55,930 nucleotides of DNA from Candidatus Poseidoniales archaeon. GTDB lineage: Archaea > Thermoplasmatota > Poseidoniia > Poseidoniales > Poseidoniaceae. Below the pieces are notes generated by a model. That model had not been told where the DNA came from, searched no databases, and saw only the letters and a program-made list of their open reading frames with translations. The stretch is taken from assembly GCA_038105035.1 (NCBI GenBank), contig JAYOBT010000008.1:1-55930 (forward strand), given 5' to 3'. The translations under genes were made by a program, and so were the position numbers. Positions 1 to 14,964 of this stretch are shown in pieces (position 1 is the stretch's first letter; every line of letters starts with the position of its first letter).

Positions 1-198
1 TAATCGATTCGGATAAGTTGCAAGGGGTCATCCGAAACCCCTTTGCATTTTATTTCCCGATACAAAGGGGATTCAGTGGGTCGATACAGACGCTACCCTC
101 TGATTTACAGACTGAAGATTCAAAATCACCCCGCAAAAAGAGGTATGGCCAAATCATTCGGGACAAACCTTAGATGGTTACCGTCGAATAAAGGCAGC

Positions 199-1254
199 AT
201 GGAAGAATTGTCCAAGGTTGGTATTGATTCGAAGAGGACAACAGCTGCAAGCGTTGCTATCGTTGGTTTAGTAGTCTATCTTTCAATGATCCATTTGCAA
301 TCTATTTTGATGCCGTTAGCCATTGCAATCTTGCTTTTCTTTATGATTAAGCCACCTGAACAATTCATCTATGAGAAGGTCGGAAATCGGTTCGTATCGT
401 ATGGAACAGTCCTTCTGACGTTTGTTGTTACAGTCTATTTCACGTCACTGTTTTTGTATGACAATCTTTCAGATTTTATTGAAGAAGTCCCACGAATCAC
501 AGAAGCATTTGAAGAAAAGAGGGCGAACTTAGCGGATTCGAATCTTTACGGACTCGAGGTCATTTTTTCAGATGCTGAACTCCTTGCCAGTGTTGCATCA
601 CCAAGCAATATCGAAACCTTTGTTCTCGGCATCTTGGGCACATTAAGTGGATTCTTTGGTACGATGATTACCGTTCTGATTTTCCTTTTGTTCATCGTCA
701 TGGAAGAACACACAATCGCACAACGATTTGGGGCAGCGTTTCCAAATTCGTACGATAGAGCCAAGAAAATTGTTAGCGAATCGACTGAATCAATCCAAGC
801 ATATGTTGTCTCAAAGGTGACATGCAGTGCAGGGCAAGCACTCGTCATGGCCATTATTCTCTATGGTTTTGACATTCCAGGATGGTTTTTGTTTGGAATT
901 TTGTGCTTTTTGTTGGATTTCATTCCAATCTTGGGTGCCTTGTTTGCGACAATTCCTCCAGTCATCATTGGTGTTATCTTACTCGATCCCGGAATGGCTC
1001 TCCTCATGATTGCCCTCCTCATTGGAAATCAGCAAGTGTTTGGGTCGTTTGTTGAACCGAATCTCTCTGGATCAAAGATTGGAATTTCTCCATTCGTTTT
1101 GTTGTTAACTGTGATGTTGTTCTCACAGGTCTGGGGCATTGCTGGAGCGATTATTGGCGCTCCGATCATCATCATTGCACGACTAATCCTAGATGAGAAC
1201 GAGCGAACTCGACCGGTTGCCCTCATGATGGCCAACGATGTTGAAGAAGAATGA
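199..1254 (+). CDS. AI-2E family (PerM/TqsA-like) transporter
   Basis: Multi-TM protein with family-like motifs LDFIPILG and FVEPNLSGSKIGISP...WGIAGAIIGAP. Start placed at ATG 199; the ORF-track extension from 43 looks non-coding. Confidence 0.85.
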   Translation: MEELSKVGIDSKRTTAASVAIVGLVVYLSMIHLQSILMPLAIAILLFFMIKPPEQFIYEKVGNRFVSYGTVLLTFVVTVYFTSLFLYDNLSDFIEEVPRITEAFEEKRANLADSNLYGLEVIFSDAELLASVASPSNIETFVLGILGTLSGFFGTMITVLIFLLFIVMEEHTIAQRFGAAFPNSYDRAKKIVSESTESIQAYVVSKVTCSAGQALVMAIILYGFDIPGWFLFGILCFLLDFIPILGALFATIPPVIIGVILLDPGMALLMIALLIGNQQVFGSFVEPNLSGSKIGISPFVLLLTVMLFSQVWGIAGAIIGAPIIIIARLILDENERTRPVALMMANDVEEE

Positions 1255-1259
1255 ATAAT

Positions 1260-2516
1260 TCATTGGTTGTTGAAGGTTTCAATCGCTTGAACAACTTCGG
1301 CGTCGTCCATCAATCGCCGCTGTGATTTAGCAACATCGAAGAGATGAGCAACAAGATCATCAGAGACCTCATAGTTGCGTTGTTGGAGCCACCAGATGAT
1401 GTTTGAACGTCCAGCCATGTGACCGATTCGAATGACTTGTTCCAGACCAAATTCTCCTGCTGGAACTCCAGAATAAACACGGTCAGCAAGCCAGTGATCT
1501 CCTTTCTTCATGGCCTTGATAACGGCAGAAGCGTGAACTCCAGTACCTGTCTCAAACGCGTCTTGCCCAAAGACAGGATAATTACGTGGTAGAGGAACTT
1601 CGGTGTATTCGTGAGCTTTTTGCATGTACTCGCCAAGGACTGTGAGATCGTTATCGATGGCCCCCATCAATTTGAGATTCACAAGCGTCTGATCGAGAGG
1701 GGCATTTCCTGCTCGTTCACCAAGCCCAAGAGCTGTCCCATGGACGACATCAGCACCGGCTTCAACGGCTGCAATGTTGTTGGCAACGCCCAAGCCACGG
1801 TCTTGATGGCCATGCCAGTTGACTTCGATATCTCGACGGTCGTATCCACCATCTTTGATAACTTCTTCATCAATGAAATTAAGCAATTTCTTGACACCGT
1901 TTGGAGTCACGTGGCCGCATGTATCGCAGACACAAATTCGACGAACGCCAAGTTCCATAGCACGTTGGTAGATTTTCTTGATATCTTCAGGGTTTGAACG
2001 GGTTGTATCTTCTGTGACAAACATGACGGGTACGTCGTTTTCAACAGCAAAAGAGACCGCCGTTTCCATGGTTGACAAGAGTTTGTCCATCGTCCACCCT
2101 TCCGCATATTGACGGATCGGACTTGTCCCAAGGAATGCTGAAGCTTGTATTGGTATACCGTGCTTTTCTTGCAATTCAACGAGGGGTTCAATGTCTTGCA
2201 TCAGTGTTCGTACCGCAGCACCAGGGCGGATTTGGTAATCGTTCTCCGTAATGTGGGTGAGCATAGCATCGATGTGTTCGACGTGGAAAGGTCCTGCACC
2301 GGGGAGTCCAAGATCGACCTTCTGGATACCAAGTTTCTCCATATAATCGAGCAATTCTATTTTCTGTTCAATGGTTGGATTACGAGCAGATGGGCTCTGA
2401 AGACCATCGCGCAACGTTTCGTCATCGAACCAAACACCATGTGGATGGTTGTTTGGATTTCTGTTAAACTCGTATTCAATCGTGTTCCAATCGTAAATCA
2501 ATGAACGCTCATCCAT
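1260..2516 (-). CDS. leuA: LeuA-family DRE-TIM acyltransferase (2-isopropylmalate/homocitrate/citramalate synthase-like), short form without the C-terminal regulatory domain
   Basis: DETLRDGLQ motif, HGHQD metal motif, GLGERAGNA. SD-like GGGTGA upstream. Exact substrate uncertain. Confidence 0.75.
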   Translation of the reverse strand: MDERSLIYDWNTIEYEFNRNPNNHPHGVWFDDETLRDGLQSPSARNPTIEQKIELLDYMEKLGIQKVDLGLPGAGPFHVEHIDAMLTHITENDYQIRPGAAVRTLMQDIEPLVELQEKHGIPIQASAFLGTSPIRQYAEGWTMDKLLSTMETAVSFAVENDVPVMFVTEDTTRSNPEDIKKIYQRAMELGVRRICVCDTCGHVTPNGVKKLLNFIDEEVIKDGGYDRRDIEVNWHGHQDRGLGVANNIAAVEAGADVVHGTALGLGERAGNAPLDQTLVNLKLMGAIDNDLTVLGEYMQKAHEYTEVPLPRNYPVFGQDAFETGTGVHASAVIKAMKKGDHWLADRVYSGVPAGEFGLEQVIRIGHMAGRSNIIWWLQQRNYEVSDDLVAHLFDVAKSQRRLMDDAEVVQAIETFNNQ

Positions 2517-2594
2517 AACAATTCACCCACGGAGAAAACCCCCGCACATACCAACCAGTCATGAATCATGTTTGAACTCGTCGATAAGACCGTG

Positions 2595-7527
<4,933 letters not shown>

Positions 7528-7597
7528 TTATTTGAACGTTGGATTCCATCGTGTACCTTCCGTGAGCGTTAAGAAGAAGACGAAGGTCGGTTGATTC

Positions 7598-8395
7598 ATG
7601 CCTGAACCGACCATTTGCGTAGCACTCGACTCAACCAACGTTGATGATATGGTCGATGAGGCCGCTCGTGCATCAACAGCCGGCGCAGATCTCGTCGAGG
7701 TCCGATTCGACCGACTGTACCTAACAAAGCCAGAACCTGTGTTGGTTGAGCAAGAAGAAGGCGAGCCCAAGAGCGTCATGCCTCCTGAAGCAGAATGGCC
7801 CATTTCCGATGCCTCTTCCGTTAACGCAGAAGAGACCATACAGAAGCTCAAAGATTCCATTGCAGTTCCTGTCATCTTTACTGTTCGGCCTCCTCGTGAA
7901 GGTGGGTTCTTCCCAGGCACAGAAGATGAACGGATTACCATTCTTGAGCATGCTATTGCATCGGGCGTAACATGGATTGACCTCGAATCCTCGATTGAGG
8001 AAGGCGCCATGAACAATTTGCTTTCTGCTGCGAAGAACAAGGGCTGCAAAATTGTTTACTCGAGCCACGACATTAACGGCACTCCAAACTCAGAAGATAT
8101 TGCATCATTCGTTCGCGACAACGCTGACAAGGGTGATTTGCTCAAATTCTGCTCCACAGCCCACTCGCATCTCGATGCATTGCAAATCGTCGATGCTGCA
8201 ATCGAGTTGAAAGGAGAAGGTACGGATTACAGCGTCATGGCCGTCAACAGCGGTGGCGACTGGGCACGTATTCACGCACCAGTTCTTGGCGTTTCAATGG
8301 TGTACGCAACACTTTCCATGGAACATCGCATTAGCGATAAGGGCCTCATCAACGTTCGTGATCTGCGTGATGCATGGACCCTGCTCGAGTACTGA
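7598..8395 (+). CDS. aroD: Type I 3-dehydroquinate dehydratase
   Basis: ADLVEVRFD, IFTVR..EGG, WIDLE, YSSHD (His) and DLLK (Schiff-base Lys). Carries an acidic insertion of about 35 aa. Confidence 0.85.
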   Translation: MPEPTICVALDSTNVDDMVDEAARASTAGADLVEVRFDRLYLTKPEPVLVEQEEGEPKSVMPPEAEWPISDASSVNAEETIQKLKDSIAVPVIFTVRPPREGGFFPGTEDERITILEHAIASGVTWIDLESSIEEGAMNNLLSAAKNKGCKIVYSSHDINGTPNSEDIASFVRDNADKGDLLKFCSTAHSHLDALQIVDAAIELKGEGTDYSVMAVNSGGDWARIHAPVLGVSMVYATLSMEHRISDKGLINVRDLRDAWTLLEY

Positions 8396-8396
8396 A

Positions 8397-9425
8397 TCAG
8401 TTCTGATTAAGCGAAGGCATGAGTTGCTTTTCTGCTTCAAGGGAAGGTTCCAAACCGGCACTCATGTATCGTTTGTTGATGAGAATCGGTGCCATGATTA
8501 TTGCCGCAAAGAAGACAAAGAATACAATCGAAACGGTCCAGTTAGGGAGGACGACGGAACGCTCAACGGTCGAGATAGCAACATCTGCTGCAATGATTTT
8601 GTCCTGAGCACCTGCATCGCCTCTTCGGGAGTTGTCCCAAGCATCGATTACGATGAAAAATTCTTGGTACGTCGAACCGGAAAAGAGCGATGAGTGGACT
8701 TCAGGAGCGTCCAAAGCCACGCTCATTACCACGGAATCTGTGTTTTCATAGGTGTGAACATCTCTGTACGTTTTCCACCCTGTGACATCGAATGCAGCCC
8801 ATTCAGGAGAGACTTCCGTGACAAATTCATCCTCACTCAAACTTTCCCGTTCAAACCAGAAATCAAAATCGTTTCCATGCATCCGGTCGTACGACCACTC
8901 GTAGCGTTCGTATTGCGACGTCGTCATCAGGTAAACGTCAGCTTTTGCAGGAAGGGTTGTATTCCCTACAAGCCCCTGAATCTCAACGCAAATGGTTGTT
9001 CGATGAGCACTCGACAGATTGACACGCAGCGCTCCAGCGCTGTCATTACCAACAAGAATCGTGGTAGCGATGTTGGTGGTAAATGGCTCAACAGGTTGAG
9101 GAGAATGATACGAATTGTATGTCCATGGCTCTTCAGGAGAAAGCGATGTATCTACGTTTTCTCCACCGGAATTGATTGGCTCCGATGAGCGCCCTCGATC
9201 ACGCCCATCATCGTCCCAGTCCTCTTCGTAGTAGAACGGGTCCCAATAATTGTTGAAAGGGACTTCAGCATGTTTTGAGATGGTTTCGTTCCACACGATT
9301 GGGGAAAGGCTACCTTGGCAGTCATCGATTGCAGCACGAGCAGAACCATACGATGGTGCGAAGACACCGCTTAGCAACGGCACGAGCAAAATCGAAAGAA
9401 GAAAAACTGCTCTCCTCTGCAACAT
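8397..9425 (-). CDS. Hypothetical secreted protein with C-terminal membrane anchor
   Basis: 342-aa ORF with N-terminal signal-like hydrophobic stretch, C-terminal TM helix and GAGGGTGA SD. Lies downstream of the PKD protease on the same strand. Confidence 0.75.
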   Translation of the reverse strand: MLQRRAVFLLSILLVPLLSGVFAPSYGSARAAIDDCQGSLSPIVWNETISKHAEVPFNNYWDPFYYEEDWDDDGRDRGRSSEPINSGGENVDTSLSPEEPWTYNSYHSPQPVEPFTTNIATTILVGNDSAGALRVNLSSAHRTTICVEIQGLVGNTTLPAKADVYLMTTSQYERYEWSYDRMHGNDFDFWFERESLSEDEFVTEVSPEWAAFDVTGWKTYRDVHTYENTDSVVMSVALDAPEVHSSLFSGSTYQEFFIVIDAWDNSRRGDAGAQDKIIAADVAISTVERSVVLPNWTVSIVFFVFFAAIIMAPILINKRYMSAGLEPSLEAEKQLMPSLNQN

Positions 9426-9474
9426 TGCTTCACCCTCACCCTCAGGTTAACGACGAGGTTCTTGAGACATTCGT

Positions 9475-12400
9475 TTACTCTCGACGTCGCAAGGGCCGGA
9501 TGTAGCCACTTTCGTCGTTCTTACGCTCCTGCTTTGAGAGAATCTTTGGAGCAGGCGGAGGCGAGTGGTGATCCATACCAAGCAGCCCGCCATCATCAGC
9601 GTGCTCAACATCGTACGTTTCTGCATTTTGTTTGGCTTCCTCTTCGATTTCGTTCGGTTGGCGCATAACAAGCCAACCAAGTATCAGAGCAGCGAGAATC
9701 AGCGCAATAAATCCGAGAGCATCGCTTCCTGCATCCGACATCCACGACTTCCATTCATCCCAGCTAAAGTCTGAGAGTGAGGGGTCTGCATCCTGCTCCG
9801 GAAGAACGGTAACATCTGTTTGTGCCTCATCACACAAACCCATGCCGTCACAAACTCTCACTTTGAGAATTGCATCTGTCGGCTCATCCCAGACCACCGT
9901 TGCTAATGTGACAAGTGTGTTTGTGGACACAAACCAGTCGTTATCGACGATTTCATCATCATTCGTGTCCCTGAGGATGTCTTGTTCCCATTCAACCAGA
10001 AGATCGTTGCTGATTGTTTCATCTCTATCGGAGTTGGAGCCATCGAGAACGTTCAGATCTCTATAGAACACCAAATCGGCCAGTGATTCAGCATCGGATA
10101 CATTGACGATTACAGCCGTAGTGAAGTCTTCGTATACTTCATCTGGCAAGTCAATTCCGCCAATTTCTGGTGGTGCATCGATGTGGATGTTGAACTCTGC
10201 TCGTGTGACATCACCCGTTCCAAAGGCATCACGAACTGTCAACTTCACAGTATACAATCCCGGCCTTTCGTAGGAGTGCCAGGGCATTGGGTCGTGGACA
10301 ATCGGTGTTGCGTCACCAAAGTCCCACGTGTATTCAAGCAATCCATTCCAGTCTGGAGATTCTTGCTCAAGTGGAACGTACTTGCCTTCGAATCGCTGAT
10401 CTCCGTCGCGTGTTCCACTCGAATCAAAGTACAACATGGCACCAGGTATCGCAACGTTGACACCGTTCTCATCAAAGGTTCTTGACCATTGATCCGGCAA
10501 TCCATTTTCTGGGAAAACATCTGTATCCATGAGGAGCGTTTCATTGACCCATGCATCGAGGATTTGCAACTGGATAATCGGGAGTGGATTTGCCACCACA
10601 ACAACGATGACCTTTGGCATGCTTTGTGCTCCGTTTTCGTCGGTAACTATGAGCTGAATGATTTGCTCACCGGGCTCCAGGAAGGAATATGCTGGCAAGG
10701 TTTTGTTGCTGAATGTGCCATCTGGGAAGGACCAGTTGAACGTTAGATCGGTGTACAGGCCTGTCGTTCCGTCAACATCGAAACTGGTGCGGCCATCGAA
10801 TGTGTATGGAACATTGACTTGGGCCTCTGTAACGAGGAAATCGATTTGTGGAGAGCCAGTCGCACCTGACTCCTTGACGATGTAATTGGCAACGGGTAAT
10901 TGGTTGATCACATTGACACGAAGTTCTGCAATCGATACGCCTCCATCCTCGTCTGTTACTGTAACAGTGATGTTCTTCTGACCTGGCGAATCCCACGCTG
11001 GAGCAGGATACAACGCCGCAGAGGAGGTTGAGGAAAAGTCGTCATCTCGATCGATTTCAATGCCATCGAGGTTAACGCCGCCTTCGAAGACCCAACCGAG
11101 TGAGAGGTTTTCTCCATCATCATCGGTAAACACATCCGGCATAAGTAACGGCGTGTATGTGTACGTCGTGAGTTCATCTGAGAAGATTTGGTACGGCAAT
11201 CTGTTGTTGACAATGATCTCAATGGTTTTCTGACCTGTGTTGACGCCGTCTGTGACAGTCAATGTGAGGATGTAGGTTTGGTTTGGCCCAACAACATCAC
11301 CCCATTCGTGATTTGCAGTATACAACCCTGTCCCACTTGTCACCGGAGTTCCGTCCCCCCAATCCCATTCAAAGTCCAAGAATTCCAAGGGTACGTTGTC
11401 TGCAGTTTGATAAGCTGAGAAGATAATACGCTGATTGGTAAGAATTTCCAATCGATCTGCTACGACATTGTTGTTGACGGTGATGATTGGAATCGGTTCA
11501 GAATCGTCGGTGATGTTGACTTGATTGATGCTCACATCTGACCATGTTCCTCCTATATCCATGACTCGCAGGGTTGTGTTGTACACTCCGGCTTGTGCAA
11601 AAGAACGCAGTGGTGAACGCAACCCAGAGGTTACATTGTCATCGAAATCCCACGTGTAAGCGATGGGTTCATCGAAATAGGGCAGCGTATTGTTATCAAG
11701 TGACAATCCCCACGCATCGAAACCATCGCCAGTGAACTGGATTTTCTCATAGGTTTGACTGAGGTTGGTCGAAACCGATGCATTCGCTACTGGAGCCATG
11801 TTGCTCAAAGCCTGAGGTGATGTTGTTTCGGTGTCGAGCACAGCGCCCAACATGTTCTTCATTGTGAAACGGACCGTGTATTGATCGTTCTTATTGGCCG
11901 TGAAGTAGACGCTGTTTGGGACGTGAACGCCGCCACCCGCCTGTACACGAGTGGAGATGGTGTCGACGATGGTCCCGTTGCTGTCACGCACAATGGCATC
12001 CACATCAAGGTCCTCAAAGAACGCGTTCGATAGGATGGAATAGTTCACCTGAACTGTATCGGGTGAACCGTCTCCATCACGGTCGCCAAGTGTGGTTCCG
12101 TTCAACATCATGGTGGCTGGGGAAGTGATACGTGCTGCCTCGATGTCGATGGTTCCCTGTGGATACGACGGTCCACAGGAGGTATAATCGCAATCAGCGA
12201 CAGTGCTTGCGTACCAAACGATGGCGTATACTTCATCGGTCAAATTTCCGAAGCCTTGGATGAGTCCTGTTGCAATGTTGTTGTTGAAATCCAAGTCTTG
12301 TGTGGACCACAGACCATCTGCAGTCGACTTGTAGACCAAGACGCCATCAAAGTTCGAGACATCCGACGTAACTCTCAGTGTAAGAGGTGCAGGCGAGGCC

Positions 12401-13653
12401 GCCCCGGGAGTGAATTTGAATGAGCGAATACCCCATCCTTCCATGGTATGACCAGTTGAACTCCAAGGCGTGGACCAATCTGAGTTCGTATCCGCAGGCG
12501 TGATTCGACAGAACGTCGACCCTCCACAAGATGGATTCAAGTCGAGGTTTGAGAAACCGTAGATGCCTTGATCCGAGTCAATGGTTGCGGCGATTGAAAA
12601 GTTGGCAAATATCTCACCCATTGTTCGACCAATCTTGCCGGATTGCCCAGAGACTGGAGAGAGTGCAAGGTTTTCAACACCGAGACCGCCTGTAGCCGAG
12701 TCTTGGACGAGTTGTCGTACAGCTGGCCCACCTCCGAGATGGTCGGCGAGATACATCGTGAAAACAAAACCCGCACCATAATCTGCGTTGCGTTGGTTCC
12801 ACCATCGAACGCTCAAATCGGATTGCTGCGTCCACCCGTTCAGGTGACCTGCGAGAGTCCCATCCGCTCCAAAGCAGAGGTATATCGCGACGTCTGCATT
12901 TCCTTCATCCAACCAGAGATTTTCGTAAGGATCTTGTGCATTGTGAAGAAGATGTTGGAGTTCGTGAGCAATAATTGACTTGCCCCACGCAAGCGTGATG
13001 TCAGCGAAATCGACGTAAACAACGTCTCGTGTGGGTGCTGTTCCAGGCGAAAAATACCCTCCGATGTTGTATGCTCCATCGATATCATAGATGACAATCT
13101 CCACCTGACAGTTGTTGTCGTTGTCTGGAGGTGCTAACCCGCGCCCGTCTTGGTAATCTTTACCGAAGTAAGTGGTCATTGTCGGATAGATGGTTTGGTC
13201 CCATGTCGAAGCGAGGTTTTGCAAGACAGTCGAGGAAAGCGTGCGTCCTGATTGAACTAGGAAGGCAACTGTAGCCGTTGTTTTAGCGACGTAAACGTTG
13301 GTCGAACCACCGGAAATAGGTACCGTCAGTGTATCACCAACCACGTGTTGCGTACAGGTTGAACGTGCCATCGTTGGCTGGTAGCGGATGTCATTGACGC
13401 CCGGACGACCTTCGTCAACCCATGCTTGTTTGATGAACGATGTCGCAGAAACCACAGGTTGGTCTTCTTCAATCAACAGATATTCAGAGCCAGTCTCAAC
13501 ATTGAAGTCGGTTAGATCACCGTAGACAACGCCTATGTCTTCCGCAATATCCTCGACTTCGTTTTGTGTTTCATTGGCAGCTGCTTGACCCAAAACAGAG
13601 GTCAGCATAATGAACACGAGAAAGAGGGCTTGAGTAGAGCGTCGTTCAGACAT
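9475..13653 (-). CDS. Large secreted, membrane-anchored zinc metallopeptidase (M30/M6-like) with multiple PKD domains
   Basis: Signal peptide; IIAHELQHLLH...WLDEG zincin motif; repeated PKD signatures (YTWDFDD, WDWGDG, YTWDFGD...PGLYTVKLTVRD); C-terminal TM helix. Confidence 0.85.
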   Translation of the reverse strand: MSERRSTQALFLVFIMLTSVLGQAAANETQNEVEDIAEDIGVVYGDLTDFNVETGSEYLLIEEDQPVVSATSFIKQAWVDEGRPGVNDIRYQPTMARSTCTQHVVGDTLTVPISGGSTNVYVAKTTATVAFLVQSGRTLSSTVLQNLASTWDQTIYPTMTTYFGKDYQDGRGLAPPDNDNNCQVEIVIYDIDGAYNIGGYFSPGTAPTRDVVYVDFADITLAWGKSIIAHELQHLLHNAQDPYENLWLDEGNADVAIYLCFGADGTLAGHLNGWTQQSDLSVRWWNQRNADYGAGFVFTMYLADHLGGGPAVRQLVQDSATGGLGVENLALSPVSGQSGKIGRTMGEIFANFSIAATIDSDQGIYGFSNLDLNPSCGGSTFCRITPADTNSDWSTPWSSTGHTMEGWGIRSFKFTPGAASPAPLTLRVTSDVSNFDGVLVYKSTADGLWSTQDLDFNNNIATGLIQGFGNLTDEVYAIVWYASTVADCDYTSCGPSYPQGTIDIEAARITSPATMMLNGTTLGDRDGDGSPDTVQVNYSILSNAFFEDLDVDAIVRDSNGTIVDTISTRVQAGGGVHVPNSVYFTANKNDQYTVRFTMKNMLGAVLDTETTSPQALSNMAPVANASVSTNLSQTYEKIQFTGDGFDAWGLSLDNNTLPYFDEPIAYTWDFDDNVTSGLRSPLRSFAQAGVYNTTLRVMDIGGTWSDVSINQVNITDDSEPIPIITVNNNVVADRLEILTNQRIIFSAYQTADNVPLEFLDFEWDWGDGTPVTSGTGLYTANHEWGDVVGPNQTYILTLTVTDGVNTGQKTIEIIVNNRLPYQIFSDELTTYTYTPLLMPDVFTDDDGENLSLGWVFEGGVNLDGIEIDRDDDFSSTSSAALYPAPAWDSPGQKNITVTVTDEDGGVSIAELRVNVINQLPVANYIVKESGATGSPQIDFLVTEAQVNVPYTFDGRTSFDVDGTTGLYTDLTFNWSFPDGTFSNKTLPAYSFLEPGEQIIQLIVTDENGAQSMPKVIVVVVANPLPIIQLQILDAWVNETLLMDTDVFPENGLPDQWSRTFDENGVNVAIPGAMLYFDSSGTRDGDQRFEGKYVPLEQESPDWNGLLEYTWDFGDATPIVHDPMPWHSYERPGLYTVKLTVRDAFGTGDVTRAEFNIHIDAPPEIGGIDLPDEVYEDFTTAVIVNVSDAESLADLVFYRDLNVLDGSNSDRDETISNDLLVEWEQDILRDTNDDEIVDNDWFVSTNTLVTLATVVWDEPTDAILKVRVCDGMGLCDEAQTDVTVLPEQDADPSLSDFSWDEWKSWMSDAGSDALGFIALILAALILGWLVMRQPNEIEEEAKQNAETYDVEHADDGGLLGMDHHSPPPAPKILSKQERKNDESGYIRPLRRRE

Positions 13654-13742
13654 AAGAATTCCTCAGGAAAATGTGATGCTGTATCACAATTGAATGTGTG
13701 GAAATGAGGTATTTAATACCCCGCGTCTTTAGCATCAATACA

Positions 13743-14897
13743 ATGCAGGGTCCAAGGTTGAAGATTTCGTTGATTTTGGCGGCTCTTTTGGTCTCAACCG
13801 TGGCTATACCATGGACGACATCGGCGGAGATTTGCTCAACCATTGAGAAACTTGAGTTCGATGGACAGAACGCAAATGAAAGCGTTACTACCCAGGTAAA
13901 TTTTGGGGCGAGAGTGCCTGGAAGCAATGCCTCTGAAGACCTTCGTAATTGGTTCATGGAGACAAGACCTGAGTTTAATTGGACCTTGGACCCACATCAT
14001 AGAGAGAGTTACAACCTCACCAACCTTGAGGGAAGACTCATCCCTAATGATTCCGATGATGCAGGGCCTGTTGTTGTCCTCGCCGCCCATTATGATTCAA
14101 GAGATCGTGCTGAGAGGGACCCTGATGAAAACATGACGAATGTGCCTATTCCCGGTGCAAACGATGGTGGGAGCGGCGTTGCTGTTCTTTGGGAACTTGC
14201 ACGAATACTCCCAACCATGAACTTGAGTCATGAGGTGTGGATTTTGCTCACCGATGCTGAGGACCAGGGGCCAATTCCATCGATGCTTGGGGCAAAGGCT
14301 TGGGCTGAAAACCGCACAGAAGAAGACATCTCTCGAATCGATGCCTTCCTTCTTGTTGACATGATTGGTGATGCAGATTTGAAAATTTATCGGACCTTCC
14401 CCCCGTATTTGGGAGATGTGGAAGGTGATAGATTGTGGGGTGCTGCTCAAATGCTTGCAGGCCCCCTTGGCCTCGTTGACAACATCACGGATTGCGGAGG
14501 CAACCCTGGACTTGACATTGTCAACTTCTCGGCAACCGATGGCGTCATTGATGACCATGTCCCGATGATCAACGTGGGCATACCAGCTATCGATTTCATC
14601 GACATCCGCTATGGTGAAAATGCAACGGCATGGCAAGGTTACTGGCACACGCATGAAGACACGCCAGACAAGGTCTCTGCTGAATCACTTGCACACATTG
14701 GCCGATTGTTAGAACTCGGACTTCGAGAGGGTTCTTGGTTGAAAATCGAGGTGAATCAAACCAAATCGACACCTTCTCTTGAGGAAAGCCAACCATCGAC
14801 CTACGGCCCTGTGGTCGTTGGGGCAGTGTTCACTGTCATCGCTCTCATTTTCGTCGGTTTCATTGGCCTCCATGAAAGCGTGCGTTTGAAACGGTAG
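13743..14897 (+). CDS. M28 family metallopeptidase / glutaminyl cyclase-like, secreted with C-terminal anchor
   Basis: LAAHYDSR, PGANDGGSG, DAED, LVDMIGD, DDHVP, YWHT..DT. Signal peptide and C-terminal TM helix. Confidence 0.88.
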   Translation: MQGPRLKISLILAALLVSTVAIPWTTSAEICSTIEKLEFDGQNANESVTTQVNFGARVPGSNASEDLRNWFMETRPEFNWTLDPHHRESYNLTNLEGRLIPNDSDDAGPVVVLAAHYDSRDRAERDPDENMTNVPIPGANDGGSGVAVLWELARILPTMNLSHEVWILLTDAEDQGPIPSMLGAKAWAENRTEEDISRIDAFLLVDMIGDADLKIYRTFPPYLGDVEGDRLWGAAQMLAGPLGLVDNITDCGGNPGLDIVNFSATDGVIDDHVPMINVGIPAIDFIDIRYGENATAWQGYWHTHEDTPDKVSAESLAHIGRLLELGLREGSWLKIEVNQTKSTPSLEESQPSTYGPVVVGAVFTVIALIFVGFIGLHESVRLKR

Positions 14898-14964
14898 GTC
14901 TGCGTGCGCGGATATACCGGGGTGCCTTGTTAATCGCGCACTGGGTAATGCAAGAGGGTTCTCT

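Noticed and set aside
14898-14964. GTGCGCG...CGCGCAC inverted repeat as a possible small RNA
   Set aside because: Only a 7-bp stem in a 67-bp spacer; no tRNA or known RNA features.
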